Numbered from the stretch's first letter, positions 1-8,824 are shown. The stretch is DNA of 64,000 bases from Candidatus Saccharimonadales bacterium (GCA_038245195.1 JBBRSU010000001.1:121-64120); one strand, 5' to 3'. Notes: generated by a model from the sequence alone, not told the origin. Numbers and translations: made by a program.

Positions 1-585
1 TGATTCGGGCATAGTGCCGGTAAGTACTATCTGGGTAGCGGTACTGGCCGCCACCGTACCGGTATCAATTGCTGAGCCTGTAGTATCAGTTGAAGCGAAG
101 GTGGAAATTCGAACAAAGAAAGTGCAGTTAGGAGTAGTAGTGGCACAACTAGTGCCGTCGGGGTTAGTAACGCCTAGGAGTTGATAGCTGACCGCTTGAT
201 TGGGGCCGGTGCTGGCGGCCACACGAGTAATATATGGTGTACCATTTGTGGTACTTACAATGCTAAAGCCAGTAGCACCGGATTGGCTGCCCATAGTAGC
301 GGCCGTAGTGTCTAAACCGGTTGGCGTAGTACAAGTACCGGCAGCCAGTGTGCAATATTGAAATTGAATAGAGCCAACGTTAGCGGTGCTAGGGATAGTG
401 AAATTAAATTGATGATTAACCACACCACTAGGTTTAGAGCCACCGTCAGTTGCTCCAGCTTGAAGGGTCAGGCTGCGACTAGTAATTTGGGCAGCATCAG
501 CCGAGCCACTAAAGCTAGTAGCCAGTATTATGGCAAACAAAGCTAGGGCTCCGAAAAGTGCAATCTGCCGATTGAATTTATACAT
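1..585 (-). CDS. Secreted Thr/Ser/Gly/Ala-rich surface protein, N-terminal 195 aa (gene runs off the window edge)
   Basis: Absent from the ORF track because it is open at the edge. My reverse-complement translation from ATG 585-583 reads MYKFNRQIALFGALALFAIILATSFSGSADAAQITSRSLTLQAG..., with a signal-peptide-like start and no stop down to position 1. Confidence 0.6.
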   Translation of the reverse strand, partial: MYKFNRQIALFGALALFAIILATSFSGSADAAQITSRSLTLQAGATDGGSKPSGVVNHQFNFTIPSTANVGSIQFQYCTLAAGTCTTPTGLDTTAATMGSQSGATGFSIVSTTNGTPYITRVAASTGPNQAVSYQLLGVTNPDGTSCATTTPNCTFFVRISTFASTDTTGSAIDTGTVAASTATQIVLTGTMPES

Positions 586-627
586 TGTTAATTTTTATGA
601 CCTTTTTGTTTTTGTGAACTTAAGCCG

Positions 628-657
628 AATATAGCATAAACGTTATCGGGGTGTCAA
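628..657 (-). promoter_or_regulatory. Sigma70-type promoter: TTGACA, 18 nt spacer, TGcTATATT
   Basis: Minus strand reads gtgTTGACAccccgataacgtttaTGcTATATTcgg, about 40 nt upstream of the ATG at 585. Confidence 0.55.
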
Positions 658-685
658 CACCGTTATGTAGAAGCTGAGGATAACT

Positions 686-1417
686 CTAGTAAGTGCCTGT
701 GCACAGTAGCGTCTGGCCACCGGTATAGTCGCCACCAGGTGTTAGGGCGTTAACATTGATTATGTAACTAATGGTGTAATTGGTGGTACCAGAGCTCTTA
801 GGCCCAAGCGCAATGGTGTCACCACTGATGTATTTATAAGAATTAGCAGTGTTATAGCCGGTAGCGGCTTGGCCAAAACCAAAGCTACCGTTGTCGGGGT
901 TAGCACCCAATGATACCGGTGAGGTATTAGCCACCACATTGATGCCGAACTGCTCGCTACCACTAACCGATGGCCCAGCCGAACTCATGGCTGAAATGGT
1001 GTGACTACCATAGCTTGGCGGATTCCCAATTATCTGTACGATGTAGCCGTAACTGGTGTAGTCTAACACCGAGAATGTGGCGGTTGCTGTCGAGGCCGTA
1101 CCGGCCGAAAAGTTACCAAAAACGACGTTAGCGGAACTAACAATGAATGTCAGTGACGGATCGCCGGTAGTGATGTTACCAGCGTTAATCTGGATATTAG
1201 TTGAAGCTGAGGTATTTAAACCTAATATACCTATAGCCGAATCGGACTTATAATTAGCTGATTGCGAGCCGACCAGCCCACTGGCACCCAAGGATTGCTC
1301 AGTAAACTGATAGTTGGTTGATTTAAGTGAATCGGCCAAGACCACCGACGATAAATAACCACAGACCAGCAAAGCTGGAATAACAATTAGTAGGAAAATT
1401 TGTTTAATCAATCTCAT
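686..1417 (-). CDS. Secreted hypothetical protein (signal peptide, Ser/Thr/Gly/Asn-rich, probably beta-rich)
   Basis: 243 aa ORF with N-terminal hydrophobic signal MRLIKQIFLLIVIPALLVCGYL. Repeated S-x-N-Y motifs. No family recognised. Confidence 0.6.
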   Translation of the reverse strand: MRLIKQIFLLIVIPALLVCGYLSSVVLADSLKSTNYQFTEQSLGASGLVGSQSANYKSDSAIGILGLNTSASTNIQINAGNITTGDPSLTFIVSSANVVFGNFSAGTASTATATFSVLDYTSYGYIVQIIGNPPSYGSHTISAMSSAGPSVSGSEQFGINVVANTSPVSLGANPDNGSFGFGQAATGYNTANSYKYISGDTIALGPKSSGTTNYTISYIINVNALTPGGDYTGGQTLLCTGTY

Positions 1418-1574
1418 TCAAACAACCAAATACCGGACTTCGAAAAGTGCTAATACTTATAAATTATAGTCTATTGGCCAGCCAATGCCGGCAATCGATT
1501 GATTAATAGATAGCTTAAGGGGTATAATTGGCCTTAAGAACTCTTAAATAAAGATAAAAGAATTTTAGAAAAAA

Positions 1575-2597
1575 ATGGAAAACCAGCCTGCTCCGGCCAG
1601 TTCTAGTCCAACCGAAGCCCCTACCCCGGAGGTCTTAAAACCACGGGCTGTTGTTGGCTCAGTTCCGGTGCCATCAACTCCAAAACCAGGTTCCAAACTC
1701 GGTAATAAACCAACACACAGAAGCTATCGGCCCAGCCACCGAGCGACATTTATCGGACTAGCGGCAGTGATGGCGATTTTGGCGATTAACGCTCTGGTAA
1801 TTGGCTTTGTGCTAAAAAGCCATAATAAAAGCACCGGTCTGGCAAGTAAAGGCCAGGTTAGCCTTAGCGCTAGTGATCTTAATAAATTGGGAATTAACCG
1901 TAGTACGCTAGGTTCAACCAATTCCCTGTTAACTGTCGCACCCGACGCCCAGTTTAAAGGAAAGTTAGCGGTTGAGGGTAATACCGCCATTGGCGGCACT
2001 GTGATAATCAATGGCAAGCTATCTGGCACGGATGCCAGCTTGACCCAACTAGAGGCCGGCAACGTGTCTGTAGCCCAGCTGAATGTTAACGGCAATGGCA
2101 CATTAAATACCTTAAACCTCCGGAAAGATCTGGCAGTTAGTGGCGTTACTCAACTCCAAGGAGCCCTGACGCTTAACAATAGTGCCGCGATTTCCGGCAA
2201 CTTAACTATTGGCGGTACCCTATCTGTTAATACTTTCAGTGCCCGCAGCTTAACATCGGTAAGTAACTTTACAGTTGGTGGCCACATTATTACAGGCGGG
2301 CCAACCCCCGGGGTTAGCCGTGGCGGGGCAACTGGCTCGAACGGTTCAGTTAGTATTTCAGGTAACGATGCCTCCGGGGCTTTATCGATTAATATCGGGG
2401 TTGGGGCGATATCAGGTACTTTGATTAATGTATCTTTTGTTACGGCCTATGGCAGTATTCCGCAGGTGGTAATTACGCCGGTTGGAGTGGGGGCTAACTT
2501 TTATTTATCAAATCTGACGGCTAATGGTTTTAGCGTTGCCGTTACCAGTGGCTTACCACCTGGCGGCTTTGTAATGAACTACATTGTGATGCAATAG
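1575..2597 (+). CDS. Membrane-anchored surface protein with beta-helix-like repeats
   Basis: 340 aa. Pro-rich N-terminus, one TM helix (FIGLAAVMAILAINALVIGFVL), then degenerate G/N/L/V/T repeats (LAVEGNTAIGGTVIINGKLSG...). The C-terminal approx 90 aa form a distinct domain. Confidence 0.6.
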   Translation: MENQPAPASSSPTEAPTPEVLKPRAVVGSVPVPSTPKPGSKLGNKPTHRSYRPSHRATFIGLAAVMAILAINALVIGFVLKSHNKSTGLASKGQVSLSASDLNKLGINRSTLGSTNSLLTVAPDAQFKGKLAVEGNTAIGGTVIINGKLSGTDASLTQLEAGNVSVAQLNVNGNGTLNTLNLRKDLAVSGVTQLQGALTLNNSAAISGNLTIGGTLSVNTFSARSLTSVSNFTVGGHIITGGPTPGVSRGGATGSNGSVSISGNDASGALSINIGVGAISGTLINVSFVTAYGSIPQVVITPVGVGANFYLSNLTANGFSVAVTSGLPPGGFVMNYIVMQ

Positions 2598-2600
2598 TCG

Positions 2601-2867
2601 CTAGATATTTAAAAACAACAGAACGCTGTTATCCCTAACCCCAATGATTCCGTTGCTAATTGGAATGCTAACCGGTTCGGCGTCTGTCTCAATCACCACT
2701 TCCCCGGGGGTCATAAGCGAGAAAAAGTCAGCGTGGCCCGGCAATATATCGAACTTTCCGACCCCGTTAGTTGCCGAAACTAATTTGGCTTGGCCTTCAT
2801 AATAAACCTCGAACGGAGCCCGGGCGATGACCTTTAGATTAGTGCTATCGGGTGATTGATGTTCCAT
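2601..2867 (-). CDS. atpC: F-type ATPase epsilon subunit, short form (beta-sandwich domain only)
   Basis: 88 aa, last gene after atpD. Contains the GKFDILPGHADFFSLMTPGEV motif typical of the epsilon N-domain. No C-terminal helical hairpin. Confidence 0.75.
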   Translation of the reverse strand: MEHQSPDSTNLKVIARAPFEVYYEGQAKLVSATNGVGKFDILPGHADFFSLMTPGEVVIETDAEPVSIPISNGIIGVRDNSVLLFLNI

Positions 2868-2868
2868 G

Positions 2869-4290
2869 TTATTTAGCCGCCGGAGGAGTTGGTGTTGGTG
2901 CAGAAGCGACTGGGGCTGGGCTAGCCGGTGGCTGGTTGGCCACGGCTGGCTGGTCGGTCGATTTACCTATAATTGCCTCGATACCGTCTAAGGTTTGCTC
3001 GCGGCTGAAATACTGGCCCGGTTTACCGGTCATGTGCTCGGCCACCGCGAAATCCTGCGAAAAAAATTCAATTAGTGTTTTAGCGTTTCGATAGTCAACT
3101 AAATCTTGTGGGGACAGCTCGTTTTCACCAACAATTGCGATGATGTTTTTTAGTGATTCGTGCTTTTGCATGATGGCTTGGACGCGACCAGCCAGCTCAT
3201 AGTGGCGATCGCCGACAACTCTCGGCGTTAATAGCGATGATGTAGTTTTAAGTAGATCGACGGCCGGCCGAATGCCGGTTTCGGCTACAGCACGTGATAG
3301 AACTAGGACTGAATCTAGTTGCTGCTGAATGGCCTGGACTGCCGGGTCGCTAAGGTCGTCGGCCGGTATATATACTGCTTGTACCGAAGTAATCGAACCT
3401 TTACTGGTTGAACTTAACCGATCTTCCAACCGTCTAAGTTCTGAGAAGACCGTCGGGGCGTAACCGCCTTCGGAAGGGATTAATCCAAGGTTGGTTGATA
3501 ACTCGGTAAGGGCCTGAATGTGTCGATAAATGTTATCTACAAAAAATAATATGTCTTTACCCTCTTCGTCTCGGAAATATTCAGCAGCCGTAGCAGCGGC
3601 CGGTCCGACCATCGAACGGGTGGCTGGCGTAGCATCCATTTGTCCGAAAAACATAACTGTATTTTTTAGAACTTCAGTTTCTTTAAGAGTTTGATAAAGC
3701 TCGTTGCCTTCGCGAATACGCTCACCAACTCCGCAATATATCGACAAGCTCTTTTTATTACGGGTCACATTGTGAATCATTTCCATGGTCAAAACCGTCT
3801 TACCGACTCCGGCTCCACCGACAATGCCAATCTTACGGCCTTTAACAAACGGTGTTAGAAAATCAATAACTTTCAGGCCGGTTTCGAGTAGTTCGAGTTT
3901 CTCTTCACTGCGATAGCTCTTGGTACCGCTGGGCTGAGTAATAACCCGCCGGTTTTCGTTTAAAGCTGGTCCGTCATCAATCGGCTGTCCTAAGGGGTTA
4001 AATACTCGTCCTAAGGTTTGGGGGCCAACCGGAACTGTAACTTTTTGCTCGGTACGATAAATTAGCTGGCCACAACGTAGTTCCGGGCTATTAGTTAAGT
4101 TGACGCAGACCGCTACGTTGGCCCTAAAGAAACCAACCTCAATCATAATCTCCGGCAATCCCTCAACCGTTAAAATTTCCTTAACAGTTGGCTTGGCCCC
4201 CACAATCTCAACCTCTACCATCAAGCCACGCAGTGATAGAATTGTGCCAACTTTGGCACTGGGCTTTAGAGTTATTTCAGCCGGTTTCAC
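2869..4290 (-). CDS. atpD: F-type ATPase beta subunit
   Basis: 473 aa with Walker A GGAGVGKT. Beta-like throughout. Ends in a Pro/Ala-rich tail (QPPASPAPVASAPTPTPPAAK). Confidence 0.97.
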   Translation of the reverse strand: MKPAEITLKPSAKVGTILSLRGLMVEVEIVGAKPTVKEILTVEGLPEIMIEVGFFRANVAVCVNLTNSPELRCGQLIYRTEQKVTVPVGPQTLGRVFNPLGQPIDDGPALNENRRVITQPSGTKSYRSEEKLELLETGLKVIDFLTPFVKGRKIGIVGGAGVGKTVLTMEMIHNVTRNKKSLSIYCGVGERIREGNELYQTLKETEVLKNTVMFFGQMDATPATRSMVGPAAATAAEYFRDEEGKDILFFVDNIYRHIQALTELSTNLGLIPSEGGYAPTVFSELRRLEDRLSSTSKGSITSVQAVYIPADDLSDPAVQAIQQQLDSVLVLSRAVAETGIRPAVDLLKTTSSLLTPRVVGDRHYELAGRVQAIMQKHESLKNIIAIVGENELSPQDLVDYRNAKTLIEFFSQDFAVAEHMTGKPGQYFSREQTLDGIEAIIGKSTDQPAVANQPPASPAPVASAPTPTPPAAK

Positions 4291-5153
4291 TGATGATCCT
4301 TAACTTTTCGTTTTTTCTTTAAAGCCACCACAATCTCGCGTGATCGGCGGTCGCCTTCACTCCGTTTAGCGCGGTGGTATTCCAGCTTATAGTACTGCAG
4401 GAGTTCATAGGCCCGTTTTTTGGCGACCGCCATGGCATTAAACCGGCTGGCATTCTGAGCTAAGTTGGATTCCAAAATTGCTTGGCTAAACGCCAGGGTC
4501 ATCATAGTACGCTCGATTAAATCGGCAATTTCATCAAGTGATGGCTCAAAAATAGTGTCTTTAGCAGTAATATAATCAGCCGCGTCAGCATTATCAACTT
4601 CCTGGCTCATCTCTTGGATGCTAGAAATTAAGTTTAAGCTTTTAATGCCCTGCACGCCCAGCGATACATACTCTTCGTAATACAAGGTTACTTGTGAATA
4701 AGAACTAATCGCGTCAATCACTGGGCTAACATCAATGTAGCTGTCGCTTTCCGGCACTTGAAAGTAGCGCACAAACGGAACCCCTCGTTGTTCGAGTTGG
4801 TTAGCCCCATGGGCACCAACCACAATGATATCGGTGTTGGCTTTATCGTAATTTTCTAACATGGTTTCAATCAAACGAGTATCGATATCACCACTAAGAC
4901 CGGCCTGGGCCGCAATAATTACTACGGCTTTCCTGGCATTAGGGTCATCGTTTCGATCGGTAATCCGCGAACCCGGCTCCACCCGCAGTGCCGTGTAAAG
5001 CCGCCACAAAAGTTGGAAAAATTCTTTAGATAACTCCACTTTGTCTTTGGTTCTGGCCACCTGGGTACTGCTAATACTCTCGAAAACCCCCGTCAAATCC
5101 TCAACTGTGCCAATCTGCTGGCTTTCCTGCTGAATTACATTAGCTTTACGCAT
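4287..5153 (-). CDS. atpG: F-type ATPase gamma subunit
   Basis: Lies between atpA and atpD. Contains VVIIAAQAGLSGDID and a C-terminal NASRFNAMAVAKKRA helix. Start trimmed to ATG 5153 (MRKANVIQ...), 6 nt after the atpA stop; the ORF-track start at 5222 overlaps atpA. Confidence 0.85.
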   Translation of the reverse strand: MRKANVIQQESQQIGTVEDLTGVFESISSTQVARTKDKVELSKEFFQLLWRLYTALRVEPGSRITDRNDDPNARKAVVIIAAQAGLSGDIDTRLIETMLENYDKANTDIIVVGAHGANQLEQRGVPFVRYFQVPESDSYIDVSPVIDAISSYSQVTLYYEEYVSLGVQGIKSLNLISSIQEMSQEVDNADAADYITAKDTIFEPSLDEIADLIERTMMTLAFSQAILESNLAQNASRFNAMAVAKKRAYELLQYYKLEYHRAKRSEGDRRSREIVVALKKKRKVKDHQ

Positions 5154-6645
5154 TGGCTGGCTCCTCAGTTTTGGCGGCCGGCACTGGCGTTGGAGGGGTC
5201 TTTTTAGCGACGGCCTCTTCAACCGTCTTAATCGGCGATGAATGTTTCTTTAAAAGTTCAACTTCCTGTTTATCAAAGTCAGTCTCGTCTTTAACTTTTG
5301 GCGCAACTTCGGTGGCCGAGTGTTTCAGGCCTTTGACGTCTATTTCTAACTTGCCTTCGCCCTTCAGGATAGTCTCTAGCACCAGCTGTTGTTCGATAAG
5401 CGAATGGCGCTCTTCAGGGGGCTGTTGCAGAGCTTCGTAGATTTGTTTGCCTAGCAAGAAATCAACCGCCGCTTCATTAGATAAGCTGGACCCGAAGTGC
5501 GAAAACTCTTCGGCTTGTTGGTATTTGGCCAAGCTTTTGAATAGGGTGCCCGATAAACGTTTTTGGCGTTTAGTTTGGGCTTGACCGCCAACTCGCGATA
5601 CCGACAGTCCGGCGTTAACCGCCGGACGAATACCTTTTCTAAAGTTCGATAAATCAAAGATAATTTGGCCGTCAGTAATCGACATAATGTTAGTCGAAAG
5701 ATAAGCTGTAATATCGTCGTTGGGTGTTATCACCACCGGTAGGGAGGTTAATGTTTTATTATTCACTGCTAGCTTGCCGGCTCTCTCTAACAGAGACGAG
5801 TGGGCATAGAACATATCACCAGGGTAAGAATCACGACCCGGATCAACTTCTTGGAGTAGTGACAACTGACGATAGGCTTCGGCGTGGCTACTTAAGTCAT
5901 CGTAAATAATAATTGTGTCCTGGCCAGCATTCCACAAAAATTCGGCCATGGAACAGGCCGCGTATGGGGCTACGTAAGACTGAGTCAGTGAATCAAAAAT
6001 GTCGGCTAGCACTACGATGGTATGCTCCATAGCACCGGAGCTCCTAAGACCGTTTAGCAAAGTTTCGATATCGACTTTGCGTTTACCTATTAGAACAAAA
6101 ACCACGACTCGGTCTGAACCAGCCTGGCTGGCACTGAGCTGGCTTAGATAAGTACTTTTGCCCGACTTAGTATCACCCAAGATGGCAATCCTCTGCCCCA
6201 AAACAACTGGGAAAAACATATCCACGGCCGCAACACCAGTAACTAGCTGTTCGTTCAACATGGTGCGAGCCATAATGCCCGGCGCGGCATTAAAAATGCC
6301 GGAGCGTTGCTTGGTAATAATCGGGCCTTTGCCATCTAGTGGCTCGCCCATAGGCGAAACAACTCTGCCGACCAACTCCCGTCCCACCGGCACCTGTAGT
6401 AAATCGTTAGCCACCACCGCCAAAGTACCCGGCTCCATGTGTTCACTATCTAAATTAAATAAAATTACTTTGTCGCCGTAGGCCTCACGTACTATGCCCC
6501 GCTGGCCATCTTCGAATAATATCTCGGAGCCCAAACGAACTCCTTCTAAGCCCTTCACTTCCACGATAAAGCTGTTGTTGGCCACAACTTCGCCGGTTAA
6601 TTGATTAGCTTCAACTAATTTCTGAAAAGTCTGATTATCAAACAT
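5146..6645 (-). CDS. atpA: F-type ATPase alpha subunit
   Basis: Walker A is GDTKSGKST; alpha-like throughout. Start trimmed to ATG 6645 (MFDNQTFQKL...), overlapping the atpH stop as ATGTTTGA. C-terminal Lys/Glu/Pro-rich tail. Confidence 0.95.
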   Translation of the reverse strand: MFDNQTFQKLVEANQLTGEVVANNSFIVEVKGLEGVRLGSEILFEDGQRGIVREAYGDKVILFNLDSEHMEPGTLAVVANDLLQVPVGRELVGRVVSPMGEPLDGKGPIITKQRSGIFNAAPGIMARTMLNEQLVTGVAAVDMFFPVVLGQRIAILGDTKSGKSTYLSQLSASQAGSDRVVVFVLIGKRKVDIETLLNGLRSSGAMEHTIVVLADIFDSLTQSYVAPYAACSMAEFLWNAGQDTIIIYDDLSSHAEAYRQLSLLQEVDPGRDSYPGDMFYAHSSLLERAGKLAVNNKTLTSLPVVITPNDDITAYLSTNIMSITDGQIIFDLSNFRKGIRPAVNAGLSVSRVGGQAQTKRQKRLSGTLFKSLAKYQQAEEFSHFGSSLSNEAAVDFLLGKQIYEALQQPPEERHSLIEQQLVLETILKGEGKLEIDVKGLKHSATEVAPKVKDETDFDKQEVELLKKHSSPIKTVEEAVAKKTPPTPVPAAKTEEPANA

Positions 6646-7123
6646 TTCGAAGCACTCCCGGGAATTTGGCTCGGTTGGCCAAAATTTGACGTTTAAACGA
6701 CCAGTCAAAAACGTGGCTACCACAGCGCACAACCATTCCGCCAAGCATGGTAGCGTTAAAGCTAAAATCAACCAGCAAATCGGTCCTTACGTTCTTTCTA
6801 AACCAGGCCACCATCTCCTGTTTTAGGCTATTAGGTGGCGGGGCGGCCAAGGTTATGTTCACATAAGTGGCTTTGGCTGCAAAATCGTTCAGCTCAGCCA
6901 CCAGCTCATCCAAACTTTTTTGAGTAATGGCCTGGCCATTGTGCCACTGGCTCGTTAAATCCTGCGCGGCTTGCGAAAGGCTCGGGCTAGCCGGGGCTTC
7001 ACTTCCAATCACCTGTTTCTTGATAGTGGCTTGAGACAACCATTTAGCTTGGCTCTTTAGCTCGGCAATTGCCGCCTTAAGATCTTGGCGAGTCACTATC
7101 TCAGGTGGCAGTTTCAACCGCAT
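6638..7123 (-). CDS. atpH: F-type ATPase delta (OSCP) subunit
   Basis: 161 aa, positioned between b and alpha. C-terminal LGGMVVRCGSHVFDWSFKRQL resembles the delta C-terminus. Confidence 0.7.
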   Translation of the reverse strand: MRLKLPPEIVTRQDLKAAIAELKSQAKWLSQATIKKQVIGSEAPASPSLSQAAQDLTSQWHNGQAITQKSLDELVAELNDFAAKATYVNITLAAPPPNSLKQEMVAWFRKNVRTDLLVDFSFNATMLGGMVVRCGSHVFDWSFKRQILANRAKFPGVLRNV

Positions 7124-7733
7124 CTGTTCCCACCTCTCTTATAAAATCGGCCTTGTGTTCCTCTAGCATGGCCATCAAATACTGGCTCTGGTTACCCAAA
7201 TCAACATTGTGCTGTAAAGTTTCGCTCAAAAATGAGGCCATAGCGTCGGCCAGTTTGGTATCTATTTGCTGAACCAGTTGCTGTTTTTCGGCTTCTAGTT
7301 CTTTGTCTATCCTGGCTTGAACTTCGGTTTGGTGTTTGGCAACATCTTCTCGAATACCGGCCATTTTGCTATTAGCATCCTTGTGTAAATCACCCAGCTG
7401 GACGCGATATTTTTCCATTTCGCCAGATACAATATCGGTCGCCAGCCGTTTAACAAGCCGATTTATTTCTATGGCTTCGGTTTCTAAATCAGTATTGAGT
7501 TTTGATGAGGTATTATTTAAGGCCGCTGACATTTTTATCTCGGCTTCCTCGATTAAGCGCCGTTTTAGCTCAGGCGATAGGATATTCTCGGGGGGTTGGG
7601 CCCCGCCCAACTGGATGGTTTGGTTACTAGACCGAAAATGGCGGCGGTAATAGGCATAGCCATAGCTAGCTAGCGCACCAAGAATGAAAACTTGGAAGAA
7701 AAGTAGAAATTGTAATAAAGTACTTTCACTCAT
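7101..7733 (-). CDS. atpF: F-type ATPase b subunit (peripheral stalk)
   Basis: 210 aa with a single N-terminal TM helix followed by a long charged coiled coil. Position is upstream of atpH. Confidence 0.65.
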   Translation of the reverse strand: MSESTLLQFLLFFQVFILGALASYGYAYYRRHFRSSNQTIQLGGAQPPENILSPELKRRLIEEAEIKMSAALNNTSSKLNTDLETEAIEINRLVKRLATDIVSGEMEKYRVQLGDLHKDANSKMAGIREDVAKHQTEVQARIDKELEAEKQQLVQQIDTKLADAMASFLSETLQHNVDLGNQSQYLMAMLEEHKADFIREVGTDAVETAT

Positions 7734-7736
7734 AAA

Positions 7737-8576
7737 TTAAAATTTAGTTAACACCATATAGATTGAACCCACACTGACCCCTAAAATAATAATCACCAGC
7801 CCGGACAGTTGAATAACATTTCGATACACCGCGGCTTGGGCCATCGGGTTACGGCCAACCGAGATGATACTGCTTCGTATCAAAGAATAAACAATACTAA
7901 CCACCACAACTAATGTTACTAGGAATATGACAATGCTAATAATTATTGGCAAGGCGTTAACTTTCTTGCCGGCCAATGAATTAGCCAGGTTCTGCAGAGC
8001 TTGGGGGATGATGGTTCTATCGGGGGTTTTATAAAAATACGAGACACTAACCAAGAGTGGCACTGTACCAACCGTAACATTCTCTTTCTCGCCTTTAACT
8101 CCAGTGGTTGTCAGTTTTCGAGCCGTGCTATTGGGAAAATTGTCTTGGGCAACGCCAATAATTTTAGCGTTGTCGGTGGCCTTCATACCGATACCATCGA
8201 TAGGCGAGGCCGTGATTGAATCGCCCGAGGTAATTTTGCCATTTATATCCGAAACCAACACTTGCTCCAGCCCGCTTTGGGCCACATTAACTTGGTTGCT
8301 GCCGCCTGAAGAAATTGATAACTGCGACCCGTTTTCGCTAACCGACACTCCGAAAATATCAGCCGAATTGGAGATATTAGAGCCAGTAACTCGGTCTGAG
8401 TAGCCTTTTTGCAGGCTAACAATCGAGCCGTCCGGTAAACTACTATCAGAGGCAAAGGATTGCGAAACTAGGGTTGTGGCACTAACCAAAACCGGCACCA
8501 TAAAGCTGGCGATGCCCAGTCCAACCGCTAGGCGGTATCGGGGATTAATTAGACGGCGATTGGCTATTTTTATCAT
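7737..8576 (-). CDS. Exported protein with a C-terminal two-helix hairpin resembling a degenerate ATPase c subunit; first gene of the atp operon
   Basis: Stop codon is 3 nt from the atpF ATG. Signal peptide MIKIANRRLINPRYRLAVGLGIASFMVPVLVSA, an approx 170 aa Ser/Gly/Val-rich ectodomain, then ...IVYSLIRSSIISVGRNPMAQAAVYRNVIQLSGLVIIILGVSVGSIYMVLTKF. Start moved from 8612 to 8576 because a TGcTATACT -10 box lies at 8592-8600, inside the longer ORF. Confidence 0.6.
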   Translation of the reverse strand: MIKIANRRLINPRYRLAVGLGIASFMVPVLVSATTLVSQSFASDSSLPDGSIVSLQKGYSDRVTGSNISNSADIFGVSVSENGSQLSISSGGSNQVNVAQSGLEQVLVSDINGKITSGDSITASPIDGIGMKATDNAKIIGVAQDNFPNSTARKLTTTGVKGEKENVTVGTVPLLVSVSYFYKTPDRTIIPQALQNLANSLAGKKVNALPIIISIVIFLVTLVVVVSIVYSLIRSSIISVGRNPMAQAAVYRNVIQLSGLVIIILGVSVGSIYMVLTKF

Positions 8577-8591
8577 TAGTATTTTGAGTAA

Positions 8592-8600
8592 AGTATAGCA
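8592..8600 (-). promoter_or_regulatory. Extended -10 box (TGcTATACT) for the atp operon
   Basis: Minus strand reads aaaaaTGCTATACTttactcaaaatactaATG. Same motif as at 15624, 24042 and 628. Confidence 0.5.
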
Positions 8601-8681
8601 TTTTTTCACCATAAAACCCCTATAGCTTAGCCCTGCTTTAATATTGACGCGGGGCTTACAATACTCTTATGATTAGTTTAG

Positions 8682-8816
8682 ATGAGAAATATTTTGGCAA
8701 ACCAAAGACCACATAAACCGACCGGTCACAATCAAGCCGGCTATACCGTGTTAGAAGCTTTGGTGGTGGGCATAATAATTATTGTTCTACTTGCCCTACT
8801 GGCTTGGCATAAGTAA
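8682..8816 (+). CDS. 44-aa prepilin-like mini-ORF (class III signal peptide plus alpha1-N helix only), possibly a pilin remnant
   Basis: Hand translation: MRNILANQRPHKPTGHNQAG/YTVLEALVVGIIIIVLLALLAWHK*. Gly at -1 and Glu at +5 as in type IV pilins. Below the ORF-track size cutoff, and no clear RBS. Confidence 0.3.
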   Translation: MRNILANQRPHKPTGHNQAGYTVLEALVVGIIIIVLLALLAWHK

Positions 8817-8824
8817 TAAGGCTT

